This document shows positions 9,301 to 18,569 of a stretch of 64,000 nt of DNA, piece by piece (position 1 is the stretch's first letter; the number at the start of each line of letters is the position of its first letter). Under the pieces are notes generated by a model. The model was not told the origin of the DNA. It made no database searches and was given only the letters and a program-made list of their open reading frames with translations. The stretch is from Myxococcota bacterium. Lineage in GTDB: Bacteria; Myxococcota_A; UBA9160; UBA6930. A program made the translations under genes and the position numbers. The stretch lies in NCBI GenBank assembly GCA_028285625.1, contig JANQOX010000025.1, forward strand, positions 206,461 through 270,460. The letters are read 5' to 3'.

Positions 9301-10299
9301 CTAGATCAGCTGCCTCTGGGCGTCGGCCACCTGGAACGCCACGGCGATGGCCTCCGGCAGATCCTTCTGCAGGACCAGGTGGGTCTGCTCGAGGTCCGCC
9401 ACCACCGGCGCGGAGAGCGGCGAGACGCCGGCCAGCACCGGCTCGGCTCCCCAGCCTTCGACGGCATCGATCACGCGCTCGAGCGCCGCGGCGCCGAAGC
9501 CCGGGTCGATCAGCGTCCCCGAGAGGTCGATCACGACCACGCGCACGCCCCGGGCGCCAGGGTCGCGGGCGATCAGCTCGAGGGCACGCATGGACTCTTC
9601 GGGGCCCGAAAAGGGCAGCACCATCACGGGGCCCCACACGTGGACCACGGGAGAACCGGCTTCGAACTGCTCGGGCTCTTCGGGCATCGGCTCGGCGTCG
9701 TCGAGCTGACGGGCCACGAGTTCGCGCAGCGCGCCGAAGGGCAGGGCGAGTGCGAGCGCCGCCCACGGATGGTCGTTCTCGGCCCAGTTCTCGGCTTCGC
9801 GCGCTTCGAAGTGGCAGGCGGGGTGGCCCGCCGCACAGCAGGTCTGCTCGAGCGCGAGCATCTCGGTGTCGTAGATGCCCGAGAGCCAGCCCGACGTGTA
9901 GCCCGAACTGACCGCGCACGAGGTCTGCTCGGCCGCGCCGCCGGCGTCGAGGATCGCATCGGCCTCGCGCCGCTCGGGCCAGCCTCCTGCCACGGCGACG
10001 GCGGTTCCCGCGGTCGGCGACGCGTGGATGGCCAGTCGCGGTGCGCACGGTGCGCCACCCAGCATCGCCGTTCGCTGGCCGAAGCCCGCGCGCAGCACCA
10101 GCGCAGCGTCCCGCAACCCGTGCAGGAACCCCAGCTGGAAGAGGGCCCCGAGCTTCTCCTCGGGGCTCAGGCGGTCCTCGAGCTCCGTGTGCACGGCGCC
10201 CAGAAACGCCGGGTCCAGCAGGAATCGCGGCTCGTCGCGCAGCGTGCTCTCGAGATCCAGCCCCAGGGCGGCCAGCTCGTCACTCAGTCGTCGGAGCAA
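9301..10299 (-). CDS. V4R domain + STAS domain signalling protein
   Basis: A TTG start at 10299 lies 7 nt after GGAGG and 2 nt after the upstream stop. V4R-type Cys motif SGYTSGWLSGIY...EQTCCAAGHPACHFEARE. C-terminal STAS (VRVVVIDLSGTLIDPGFGAAALERVIDAVEGWGAEPVLAGVSP). The N-terminal 104 codons of the track ORF overlap the upstream gene and were rejected. Confidence 0.75.
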   Translation of the reverse strand: MLRRLSDELAALGLDLESTLRDEPRFLLDPAFLGAVHTELEDRLSPEEKLGALFQLGFLHGLRDAALVLRAGFGQRTAMLGGAPCAPRLAIHASPTAGTAVAVAGGWPERREADAILDAGGAAEQTSCAVSSGYTSGWLSGIYDTEMLALEQTCCAAGHPACHFEAREAENWAENDHPWAALALALPFGALRELVARQLDDAEPMPEEPEQFEAGSPVVHVWGPVMVLPFSGPEESMRALELIARDPGARGVRVVVIDLSGTLIDPGFGAAALERVIDAVEGWGAEPVLAGVSPLSAPVVADLEQTHLVLQKDLPEAIAVAFQVADAQRQLI

Positions 10300-10301
10300 G
10301 C

Positions 10302-11429
10302 TCAGACCTCCAGGAACGCGTGGATGTCGAACTTCTGCTCCTTGCGCACGAAGCCCTCGCCTTCGTGCTCGAGCAGCTGCAGCATCGCGTCCACACAGGT
10401 GGGGTCGAACTGGCTGCCCGAGTACTTGTGCAGCTCGCGAATCACCACGTCCAGGTCGAGGCCCTTGCGGTAGGGCCGGTCGCTGGTCATGGCCTCGACC
10501 GTGTCGGCCACGAGGATGATCCGGGAGGGAAGCGGGATCTGATCGCCCCGCAGGCGCATGGGATAGCCGCGCTCGCAGCCGTCGTACCACTCGTGGTGGT
10601 GGCGGACGCACTCGACCACGTCGGCCAGGAAGTTCACCGGGGTGAGGATGCGCGCACCGATCTCCGGGTGCTGCTTGATCTCCTCGTACTCCTCGGGGGT
10701 GAGGCGGTCCGGCTTCGTGATGACGGCGTCCCGGACCCCGATCTTGCCCACGTCGTGGAGCAGGCCCGAGATGTAGACGCGCTCGATCAGCTCGCGCGGC
10801 AGGCCCAGCTCTCGGCCCATCTTCGAGGCGTAAACACCGACGCGCTCGGAGTGGCCCCGGGTATAGGCGTCCTTGGCGTCGACGGCCTCGGACAGCGCGC
10901 GAATCGTCTGGATGTACGCGATCCGCAGCTCCTGGTGCTTCTCGCTCACCTGCTTGGTCCGCTCGCGGACCTTGCCCTCCAGGTTGCGATTCATGTCCTG
11001 GAGCTTCAGGTTCTGCTCGCGCGTGACCTGGTTCAGCCGCTTGATCTCGTTCTTGAGGTCGAAGTGGTCGAAGGCCTGCCGCAGGATCGCCTTCAGCTCT
11101 TCATCGTTCCACGGCTTCGTGATCAGCCGGTAGATCTCACCGCGGTTGATCGCGTCGACGGCAACGCCCATCTCGGTGTACCCGGTGAGCATCATGCGCA
11201 CGAGGTCGGGGTGACGCGTGCGGATCGCCGCGAGCAGGTCGACGCCGCTCATCTCGGGCATGCGCTGGTCGGTCACCACCACCTGGGTGGGCGTGTTCTC
11301 GAGAATCTCGAGCGCCTCGCTGCCGCGCGACGCGGTGAGCACCTGCCACGGCTCGTTGCGCAGCAGGCGCTGCACGGCCTTCAGGATGTTCACCTCGTCG
11401 TCCACGAACAGGACGGTGTGCTCGGCCAT
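10302..11429 (-). CDS. Response regulator with HD-GYP c-di-GMP phosphodiesterase domain (RpfG-like)
   Basis: REC domain: VLFVDDEVNILK...VVVTDQRMPEMSGVDLL...MMLTGY. HD-GYP domain: HSERVGVYA, LLHDVGKIG, HHEWYDGCERGYP. The start MAEHTVLFVDD at 11429 is preceded by GAGGGGGA. Confidence 0.9.
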   Translation of the reverse strand: MAEHTVLFVDDEVNILKAVQRLLRNEPWQVLTASRGSEALEILENTPTQVVVTDQRMPEMSGVDLLAAIRTRHPDLVRMMLTGYTEMGVAVDAINRGEIYRLITKPWNDEELKAILRQAFDHFDLKNEIKRLNQVTREQNLKLQDMNRNLEGKVRERTKQVSEKHQELRIAYIQTIRALSEAVDAKDAYTRGHSERVGVYASKMGRELGLPRELIERVYISGLLHDVGKIGVRDAVITKPDRLTPEEYEEIKQHPEIGARILTPVNFLADVVECVRHHHEWYDGCERGYPMRLRGDQIPLPSRIILVADTVEAMTSDRPYRKGLDLDVVIRELHKYSGSQFDPTCVDAMLQLLEHEGEGFVRKEQKFDIHAFLEV

Positions 11430-11468
11430 TCGGGTCCCCCTCGGCGCGTGGCGCCGGGGGGCTTCCAA

Positions 11469-11484
11469 TACAAGGGTCGTGCCA
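11469..11484 (-). promoter_or_regulatory. Candidate sigma-54 (-24/-12) promoter for the HD-GYP operon
   Basis: The minus strand reads TGGCAC-GACCC-TTGTA (consensus TGGCAC-N5-TTGCW; the -12 element is GT rather than GC), about 40 nt upstream of the ATG at 11429. Confidence 0.4.
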
Positions 11485-11862
11485 TCCACGCCCGCTCGAT
11501 TCCGGGGCAGTTTGCTCCATGATTCCGAGGGTTTGGGGGGTTGCTTCGAAGTTGCCGGTCGAACCCTGGGTCCCGGCTTCGGGACGCCCCCCTGCAGCCC
11601 GCCGGAAGCGGACGCGCAGGCTGCTCATCGCCTTCCTGCAGCCTGCGCGACGGGGTGGGTGCACCGCAGGCGCCAAGTCCCCGGAACCCCACGGGCTGCG
11701 AGGCGCGTGTCGGTCTCACCGTCGGTGGGCGAGGGTTCTCCCGCAATCGCGTGATCCCGCGTGTGGGACTTCCCGGATGCGGGAGGTCGCCGTTGCGCGC
11801 GCGCTGCAGCGCTGATGCACCGTCGGTGCGCGGGCGCCGCGCATCGATCCGAGGGTGTGGGC

Positions 11863-12951
11863 TCACTCGTCCGTGGAGAGCCCCAGTCGCTCGCGTCGGT
11901 AGCTGCCGGACTGCACGGCCTCGCACCACTCCGGGTTGTCGAGGTACCAGCGAACGGTGCGCGCGATGCCCTCGTCGAAGGCCATGGCGGGTGACCAGCC
12001 GAGTTCGGTGCGCAGCTTGGTGTCGTCGATCGCGTAGCGGCGGTCATGGCCCGGCCGGTCGGCCACGAACGTCTTCAGGTCGGCATAGCCGGCCAGGCCT
12101 CGCGCCGAGGCGGCGGCGTTCTGGGCGATCGGAGCCTCCCGTTCGAGGACCTCGCAGAGCCGATCGATCACCTGCAGATTGGTGCGTTCGGCGCGCCCGC
12201 CGATGGCGTAGGTCTGGCCCGGGCGGCCCGCTTCGAGCACGCGACGGATGGCGGAGCAGTGGTCCTCGACGAACAGCCAGTCGCGCACGTTGAGGCCGTC
12301 GCCATAGATCGGCAGCGGCTTGCCCTCCAGTGCGTTCAGCAGCATCAGCGGCAGCATCTTCTCGGGGAACTGGTAGGGGCCGTAGTTGTTCGAGCAGTTG
12401 GTCACGAGCGCCGGCAGGCCGAACGTCTCGTGGTAGGCGTGCACCAGATGGTCGGCGCCGGCCTTCGAGGCCGAGTAGACCGAGCGCGGCGCGTAGGGCG
12501 TGGTCTCGGTGAAGTAGCCCTCGTCGCCGAGCGAGCCGTATACCTCGTCGGTCGAGACCTGCAGGTATCGGAAGGCTTCGGCTGCCTCGGCGTCGAGACT
12601 CGCCAGGTGGGCGCGTGCCGCCTCGAGCAGCTGCAGCGTGCCCAGGACGTTGGTGTGCACGAACTCCACCGGGCCGTCGATCGAGCGGTCGACGTGGCTC
12701 TCGGCGGCAAAGTTGACCACCGCGTCGGGGCGGTGCTCGCTGAAGACGGCATCCATGGCGGCGCGATCGGCGATGTCGGCCTCGACGAAGGCGAAGCGGG
12801 GGTCGTCCGAGATGTCGCGCAGGCTCTGCAGGTTGCCCGCGTACGTGAGCTTGTCCACCACCACCACGCGCGCGTCGGTCTCGGCGAGGGTGGTGCGTAC
12901 GAAATTCGAGCCGATGAAGCCGGCTCCGCCCGTGACGATCCAGGTGCCCAT
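11863..12951 (-). CDS. rfbB: dTDP-glucose 4,6-dehydratase
   Basis: [18 protein letters not shown] (Rossmann GxxGxxG), SHVDRS, STDEVYG and [11 protein letters not shown] (YxxxK). GAGGA lies 5 nt before the ATG at 12951. Confidence 0.92.
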   Translation of the reverse strand: MGTWIVTGGAGFIGSNFVRTTLAETDARVVVVDKLTYAGNLQSLRDISDDPRFAFVEADIADRAAMDAVFSEHRPDAVVNFAAESHVDRSIDGPVEFVHTNVLGTLQLLEAARAHLASLDAEAAEAFRYLQVSTDEVYGSLGDEGYFTETTPYAPRSVYSASKAGADHLVHAYHETFGLPALVTNCSNNYGPYQFPEKMLPLMLLNALEGKPLPIYGDGLNVRDWLFVEDHCSAIRRVLEAGRPGQTYAIGGRAERTNLQVIDRLCEVLEREAPIAQNAAASARGLAGYADLKTFVADRPGHDRRYAIDDTKLRTELGWSPAMAFDEGIARTVRWYLDNPEWCEAVQSGSYRRERLGLSTDE

Positions 12952-12970
12952 GGGTGTCCTCAACGATTAC

Positions 12971-13903
12971 TCAGAGATAGGTGCCGGTGGTCCCGGTGCG
13001 CGGCATGCGCTTGCGGGTGAGGCGGAAGCGGTCGAGCTCCTCCACCAGGTCGTCGGTCTCGATGACGCCCACCTCTTCGCCGGCGCAGTCGTGGCGCGCC
13101 TTTCGGCGGAGCGCCCCGTGCATGAGGTGGATCCAGTCGGCGGTCGAGGGCTCGCGATAGCGGCTCACGACGTCGCGCCAGTCGACCTCGCCGAAGAGCG
13201 TGCGCCCGGCGCGCTTCTCGGCGGCGCGGGCGTGGATGCCGAGCGCCGCCACGATGTCGTCCGGAAAGGCGGGGGTCACTTCGACCACGCGCTCGAACCG
13301 GCCCGGCGCCACGAAGGCCGGGCGCAGGATGTCGGGGTGGCTGGTGGAGCCCAGGGTGAGCGTGTGGTCGAGCGCCGTCGCGCGGTCGATGAGCTCGACG
13401 AAGAAGTCCATGATCGGACCCACGGGCAGGTCGGTGCGACGCCCGCCGATCTCTTCGGCCTGGAAGAACTCGAGCTCGTGGAAGAAGACCGTGGTCTTGG
13501 GCATGTCCTCGAGCGTCTGGGACCAGGCCTGGAGCAGCTCGCCCACCTTGCCGCCGCTGTGCATCACCTCGAGCGCGAGACGTGGCATCTCGACCTCGAG
13601 AAAGGCGGTCCCCGCGCGGGTGGCGAGGGCCTCGGCCAGCAGGGTCTTGCCGCCTCCGGTCTCGCCGATCAGCAGCAGGCCGCTGGGCGGAAACGTCCCC
13701 CACTGGTCGTAGACCTCGGGGTTGGTCATGGCACAGGCGTAGGTGAGCACCTCGTCCTGGGCGACCTCGAGTCCGCCGATCTGCTCGCTGCCGACCTGGG
13801 GCGCGGCCGTCAGGCGGCTGGCCTTGGCCAGGGGCGGGAGCTTGCGCGTGGCACTGGTCCACAGGTTCTGCGCCCGCTCCTGTTCGATCGCCGCCTCGTT
13901 CAT
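12971..13903 (-). CDS. Stand-alone AAA+ ATPase module (FtsH/CDC48-type) with atypical Walker B
   Basis: Walker A LLLIGETGGGKTLLAEAL. The Walker B position reads TTVFFHELEF (His where Asp is expected). Second region of homology STSHPDILRPAFVAPGRFERVVEV. ATG at 13903 is preceded by GGAGG. The upstream 165 codons of the track ORF were rejected. Confidence 0.8.
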   Translation of the reverse strand: MNEAAIEQERAQNLWTSATRKLPPLAKASRLTAAPQVGSEQIGGLEVAQDEVLTYACAMTNPEVYDQWGTFPPSGLLLIGETGGGKTLLAEALATRAGTAFLEVEMPRLALEVMHSGGKVGELLQAWSQTLEDMPKTTVFFHELEFFQAEEIGGRRTDLPVGPIMDFFVELIDRATALDHTLTLGSTSHPDILRPAFVAPGRFERVVEVTPAFPDDIVAALGIHARAAEKRAGRTLFGEVDWRDVVSRYREPSTADWIHLMHGALRRKARHDCAGEEVGVIETDDLVEELDRFRLTRKRMPRTGTTGTYL

Positions 13904-14044
13904 GCCTTGCCTCCACCGGGCCCCATCGGGGCTACCGGAGCCCAGGATGGTACCGGACGCAATCGGCGAGCGGCCGTCGTCCCCCGAACCCCCACCGCCG
14001 CCCCGGGATGGCGGCCCGGGCCGGCCGCGGCCTAGGCTCGCCGC

Positions 14045-14692
14045 GTGGCCGCCAAGCGCATCGACGACGCCCTGCTCGAGCGCGCGAGGCGCAGCCTGGC
14101 CCGGCGTGATGCGGCCCTGCGCCCGGTGATCCGCGCCGCCGGGCCCTGTGGCCTGCACGGCCGCGAGGGGGCCTACGACTACCTGGTGCGCTCGATCCTC
14201 TACCAGCAGCTGGCCGGCAAGGCGGCGCGGGCCATCGAGCTTCGCTTCCAGGCCGACTTCGGCGGGCGGACGCCCCGGGCGCCCGAGCTGGCCGTGGCCC
14301 GGCGCGATCGGCTTCGCCGACTGGGGCTCTCGGGTCAGAAGGCCGACGCCGTGCGCGCCGTGGCGCGGGCCTTTCGGGACGGTGCGGTGCGGCCGCACGC
14401 GCTACCGCACATGAGCGATGAAGAGGTGATCGCCGCCGTGACCCCCATTCGCGGGGTGGGCGAGTGGACGGCACACATGCTGCTGATGTTCGCGCTGGGG
14501 CGCCCGGACGTCCTGCCGGTGGGCGACTACGGCGTGCGCAAGGCGGCCCAGGCGCTCTATGGCCTGTCGGAGCTGCCCGATCGCAGGGCCCTCGAAGCGA
14601 TCGGCGAGCCGTGGCGCCCGTACCGGAGCATCGCGTCCTGGTACCTCTGGCGCGCGACGGAGATGCCCAACGTCATGGCTAGCCCCCCCTGA
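14045..14692 (+). CDS. HhH-GPD DNA glycosylase (DNA-3-methyladenine glycosylase II / AlkA-like)
   Basis: YDYLVRSILYQQLAGKAA, LGLSGQKADAVR, IRGVGEWTAHMLLMFALGRPDVLPVGDYGVRK (helix-hairpin-helix plus catalytic Asp). Confidence 0.85.
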   Translation: MAAKRIDDALLERARRSLARRDAALRPVIRAAGPCGLHGREGAYDYLVRSILYQQLAGKAARAIELRFQADFGGRTPRAPELAVARRDRLRRLGLSGQKADAVRAVARAFRDGAVRPHALPHMSDEEVIAAVTPIRGVGEWTAHMLLMFALGRPDVLPVGDYGVRKAAQALYGLSELPDRRALEAIGEPWRPYRSIASWYLWRATEMPNVMASPP

Positions 14693-14766
14693 GCCGTTGG
14701 CGGGACCCCGCGCCTCGTGACTCGTTCGCAGGATCGCTAGGGTGGGTCGCAACCCAAGGAGACCCG

Positions 14767-15390
14767 ATGACCCCGCAGGCCCGACTCCGGAACCTCGGCG
14801 CACTGGTCGCGCTGGTGCTGCTCGCGACGGCCTGCAGCTCGACCAAGGTCGCGCGCGTCGAGCACACGCCGCTCGGCCGCACGAAGCTCAACAAGTGGGT
14901 GGTGGTGGCCGTGGCCGCCAACGAGACGAACCGCATGCGCTTCGAGCGCGTCTTCGCGCGCAAGCTTCGGGGCCGAGGCAATGACGCGACGGCGGGCGTC
15001 GACCTGTTCGGCCTCGGCAAGATCGACGAGAGCGAGGTGTCGGCCAAGGTCGAACTCGGCGCCATCGACGCCGGCATCGTCACCACGCTCACGAGCCAGG
15101 GCACCGAGCGTCAGCATTGGTCGGGTCGGCCCCCGGGCGCGCCCGAGTCGTTCGTGCGCGGCGGCTTCTACGCCGATTACGATACGAGCTGGGACCTGGT
15201 GACGACCCCCGGCTACACGCTCGAGCGCGAGGTGCTGCGCCTGCAGACCGTGGCCTACGACCTGAAGAAGGGCCGCGAGGTCTGGCGCATGACGTCGAAG
15301 ACCTTCTCGCCCAACGATCTCGAACGCGTGATCGACGAGGTCACCACCACGGCAGTCGAACGCCTGGCCAAGGACGGGATCACGCAGTGA
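14767..15390 (+). CDS. Lipoprotein, function unknown
   Basis: Signal peptide and lipobox ALVLLATAC. GGAG lies upstream of the ATG. High GC3. Confidence 0.7.
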   Translation: MTPQARLRNLGALVALVLLATACSSTKVARVEHTPLGRTKLNKWVVVAVAANETNRMRFERVFARKLRGRGNDATAGVDLFGLGKIDESEVSAKVELGAIDAGIVTTLTSQGTERQHWSGRPPGAPESFVRGGFYADYDTSWDLVTTPGYTLEREVLRLQTVAYDLKKGREVWRMTSKTFSPNDLERVIDEVTTTAVERLAKDGITQ

Positions 15391-15406
15391 GCCTGCGGAC
15401 GGGCGC

Positions 15407-15955
15407 GTGACGCTGTTCGGCCCAGGCGATCCCCCGCCGCCGCCCGAGCCCACGCTCTGGTACTTCGGCTACGGGAGCAACATGGAGCGCGGCACCTTCT
15501 TGGGCCGCCGGCAGATGAAGCCCGTCGAGGTCTGCCCGGCCGTCCTCGCCGATTGGGCCCTGTGCTTCGACCTGGGGATCGGGCCCGGCGAACGCGGAGT
15601 GGGCAACGTTCGCCGGGCCCCGGGGACCCTCACCTGGGGCGTGGCGTGGCGCATCACCCGCCGCCAGGCCCAGCACCTGGACCGGACCGAGGGCGTCCAC
15701 AAGGGCGGCTATCGGCGGCTGCCGGTGACGGTCCTGGCGGGCGATGGCCGGCCGCTCGAAGCCTTCACGTACCGCTCGGAGCACGGCCGCGCCGGGCGCA
15801 AGCCCTCGCGCCGCTACATGGGGCTTCTGCTACGCGGAGCGCGCGAGCATGGCCTGCCGGAGACGTGGGTGGAGCATCTGCGCGGGTTCGAGTTGGCGGT
15901 GGACGAGCGGACCGGGCAGGGCTCGCTCTTCGAGCCGGGCCGACGAAGCTCGTGA
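15407..15955 (+). CDS. Gamma-glutamylcyclotransferase (GGCT/AIG2-like) family protein
   Basis: Signature LWYFGYGSNMERGTF near the N-terminus, with GVAWRI...EG...Y downstream. Confidence 0.75.
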   Translation: MTLFGPGDPPPPPEPTLWYFGYGSNMERGTFLGRRQMKPVEVCPAVLADWALCFDLGIGPGERGVGNVRRAPGTLTWGVAWRITRRQAQHLDRTEGVHKGGYRRLPVTVLAGDGRPLEAFTYRSEHGRAGRKPSRRYMGLLLRGAREHGLPETWVEHLRGFELAVDERTGQGSLFEPGRRSS

Positions 15956-16950
15956 CGCGTTGGGCGCTACTGGCGGCGGCCGCGTTGGGCGCGGTGGCGT
16001 GTGCGAGTCCGTCCGAGCCGCCCGCCGAGCCGGAAGCGGCCACCCAGGCCGATCCGTCGGCCGAACCCGAGGCGGCCGCGCCCATCGCACTTCGCTTCGA
16101 CTGGCCCGACGGGTTGGTGCTGGACGTCGAGTATCGCCGCTGGTCGGAGCCCGCCGACGAGACCGCTCGGACGCTTCGCTACCGCATCGAAGTCTCGCGC
16201 CGCTTCCGCTCGAAGCGCATCGACGTGAGCGCGCCGCGGATTCTGGAGCCGGTTTCGCCCGAGGGCGCGGCGCGCACACTGGCCCCCCTGGTGCCGAGCT
16301 TCGTGGTGGGCCGTGACGGCCAGGTCGATCGCCTGGCGGATGCCGACGCGCATCGCGCGAAGATGCTGGCCTTGCTGGGCCCCGACGCGGACCCGGACGC
16401 GGTGCCCGTCTGGCTGGAGGAGTTGATGGCGGACGAGGCCCTGCTCGAGGGCGTACGCGACCGCTGGAGCCCCCTGGTCGGCGCCTGGGTGGGCGCCGAG
16501 ATGCAGCCCGACGTCCGCTACCAGGGCGACGACGAAGTGGTGGTGCCGCTCTTCGGGGGGCTCGCGATCCCGCTGGCGACAGACTACGGGCTCGGGCCGC
16601 TCGGCCCTTGCGATGCCCAACCCGATGGTCAGGGCCCGCGCTGCGTCGAACTCACCTACCGCGCACACCCCGATCCCGCGCGCTGGGAGACCTTTCTGGC
16701 CGAAGAGGTGCTACCCCGGCTCGGCCAGCGCGCGCCGGGGGCCCGGGTCGAGGACCTGCGCGTGGAGCACGAGATCCGGCTGGTGACCGAGCCCGAGGGT
16801 CTGCGCCCGCACGCCCTCGAGGTGACCCGCCGCGTGGTCGCGCGCACCCAGGACGAGCAGGGCCCCCACGACCTGCTGGCCCTCGACGACCGCCGCGTCT
16901 GGACGTTCAACGAGCCCGCGCCCGAACCGGAGTCCGACCCGGAAGAGTGA
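15952..16950 (+). CDS. Lipoprotein, function unknown
   Basis: GTG at 15952 overlaps the GGCT stop (GTGA). Lipobox LGAVAC, followed by a Pro/Glu/Ala-rich linker. The first 133 codons of the track ORF lie inside the GGCT gene and were rejected. Confidence 0.65.
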   Translation: MTRWALLAAAALGAVACASPSEPPAEPEAATQADPSAEPEAAAPIALRFDWPDGLVLDVEYRRWSEPADETARTLRYRIEVSRRFRSKRIDVSAPRILEPVSPEGAARTLAPLVPSFVVGRDGQVDRLADADAHRAKMLALLGPDADPDAVPVWLEELMADEALLEGVRDRWSPLVGAWVGAEMQPDVRYQGDDEVVVPLFGGLAIPLATDYGLGPLGPCDAQPDGQGPRCVELTYRAHPDPARWETFLAEEVLPRLGQRAPGARVEDLRVEHEIRLVTEPEGLRPHALEVTRRVVARTQDEQGPHDLLALDDRRVWTFNEPAPEPESDPEE

Positions 16951-16998
16951 CCGCGCCCTGGGGCCCGGCGAGCGACACCCGGATCCAGGCGCAGCCGA

Positions 16999-17026
16999 GT
17001 GACGACCGGGCCCGATCCGTCATACT
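16999..17026 (+). promoter_or_regulatory. Candidate sigma-70 promoter for tRNA-Glu
   Basis: GTGACG (-35), 16 nt spacer, CATACT (-10), about 35 nt upstream of the tRNA 5' end. Confidence 0.3.
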
Positions 17027-17060
17027 CCCCCCCGGCGCCGGCCAACGCCGGCCGCCCCGC

Positions 17061-17135
17061 GTCCCCATCGTCTAGAGGTTAGGACTCAGGCCTTTCAAGC
17101 CTGTAACACGGGTTCGATTCCCGTTGGGGACGCCA
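17061..17135 (+). tRNA. tRNA-Glu (anticodon UUC), CCA encoded
   Basis: Folded by hand. Acceptor stem GTCCCCA/TGGGGAC, D stem GTCT/GGAC, anticodon stem CAGGC/GCCTG with loop CT-TTC-AA, T arm ACGGG-TTCGATT-CCCGT, discriminator G, then CCA. Confidence 0.95.
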
Positions 17136-17335
17136 GCACATTCGCAAGTGGTTGAATCGCTTACGGATCTGGCGGTTCGTGAACACCACGTCTCGGCCTT
17201 CCTATATCAAAGGGGGCGTCGTGGTTGTCCTGCGCGGGCCGCGCATGCGAGGCGTCTCCCGTACTGGAGCCCTGAGCCTGCGGGACCGCAGTTAGCCTGA
17301 TCCTTGCGGCCGCGTCGTGGGTGCGAGTCGCGACC

Positions 17336-18199
17336 TCAGTTGTTTGCGGCGTCCAAGCCGCTTCGTCTCCACAGCGCCGCGAACAGGACAGCGAACAGGG
17401 CGATCCTGGTTGGCTCAGGAGTCGAGATAGCGTGACGGAAGTCGATGCCGCCGTCGCCGATCGCCGTGAAATCCTCGATTCGGTTCCCGTTCTCGTCCAG
17501 AACCTCCGTGATCCCGCCCCAGCTAATGGTGTTCCCGAACCTCGCGCTCGCGACGCCAAGTGCATCGCCGAGAAGTCCCCATGAGAGTGCGGACGCAATG
17601 ACTCTGGCTTCCATCTTTACTCTGACAGCGGTGAATTGCTCCGAGTTGACGAAGGTTAGTTCTTGGTCCCTGTTGTACGTGCTCGGATCCATCCAGTGGT
17701 GGTACGTGCTCGTCTCCACAAGGTTGTCGTTGATCCACACGTCGATCTCTAGGTCTGCCTCATATGTCGAAAAGGTCGACGACTCGTCCGCCGTGAGGAA
17801 TCCGTCAAGGTGGATTGAGACTGTCTGCTCCGACCAGGCCCCCGGAATCGCGGGGAGCAGTACGTACTCCCACTCAGTGAATGCGGACGCAACGCCCCGC
17901 GCGCCCGCTTGGATATTTGAGCTGGATTGAGCGAGAGCGGTCGCGGACACGCGAAGACTGCCGGTGCTGGCAGAGTGTGACGCGGAGGAACGGGCTTGAT
18001 GGCCGGCGCCAGCGGTGAAACGTGGGTGTCCAGAGTCGACAAGGCACCTTCCGGGCCGAAGATTGTCGGTCTCCTGGACGGGCTGGACGCCGCAGGTTGC
18101 ACTGGCAGCGCCGCCGTTCAAAGGCGCCGCCGATGTCATTGCCGGCGAGAAGATCCACGGCATCGCCAGGCCAACCAACAGAATTACGGCTCGGTGCAT
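17336..18199 (-). CDS. PEP-CTERM sorting-signal secreted protein
   Basis: Signal peptide MHRAVILLVGLAMPWIFSPAMTSAA. The C-terminus STPEPTRIALFAVLFAALWRRSG is PEP + TM + basic tail. Visibly lower GC and more A/T-ending codons than neighbouring genes. Confidence 0.8.
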   Translation of the reverse strand: MHRAVILLVGLAMPWIFSPAMTSAAPLNGGAASATCGVQPVQETDNLRPGRCLVDSGHPRFTAGAGHQARSSASHSASTGSLRVSATALAQSSSNIQAGARGVASAFTEWEYVLLPAIPGAWSEQTVSIHLDGFLTADESSTFSTYEADLEIDVWINDNLVETSTYHHWMDPSTYNRDQELTFVNSEQFTAVRVKMEARVIASALSWGLLGDALGVASARFGNTISWGGITEVLDENGNRIEDFTAIGDGGIDFRHAISTPEPTRIALFAVLFAALWRRSGLDAANN

Positions 18200-18569
18200 T
18201 TCGTCCTCGTGGGCTAGTTTGGGTTGAGGCGTTTCGACCCTGGTTGTATGTGGCCAGCGCCCTGGAAAGTGTCACTCCGCCCCGAATTTCGGCTGGCGCG
18301 ATCATGGCGGCCGTGACGGTCGCCAGGGCCTTTCGAGGCGTGTCCTCCAGCCGAAGCTGAAACTCGCGGCTCGCGGCGGAGGGCGTTGCAGGCCGCCTGG
18401 ACATCGGAGTCCGCGCGGCATCCAGCGGTGCACGGTGGTGCGGTCCACCCTGGCCAGCTCGCTGCACGCTCGGAGGCTCGGGCGGCCATGGCCGGCCAGG
18501 CGCTCCGGATCGCGTTGCGCCACAAATGGGCTCCGCAAGCCACGCTACGGGAGACCCCAGGAGAGTTGC

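Noticed and set aside
9301-10611. Full 436-aa version of the V4R-STAS ORF.
   Set aside because: Its first 104 codons overlap the 3' end of the HD-GYP gene in another frame and are Arg/Pro-rich. A TTG with a GGAGG SD right after the upstream stop gives a sensible 332-aa protein.
11490-11862. The 370-nt gene-free stretch between rfbB and the HD-GYP operon as a possible ncRNA or riboswitch.
   Set aside because: I could not recognise any known RNA family core or a convincing extended stem structure. Apart from the sigma-54-like element it is most simply an enhancer/UAS-containing promoter region.
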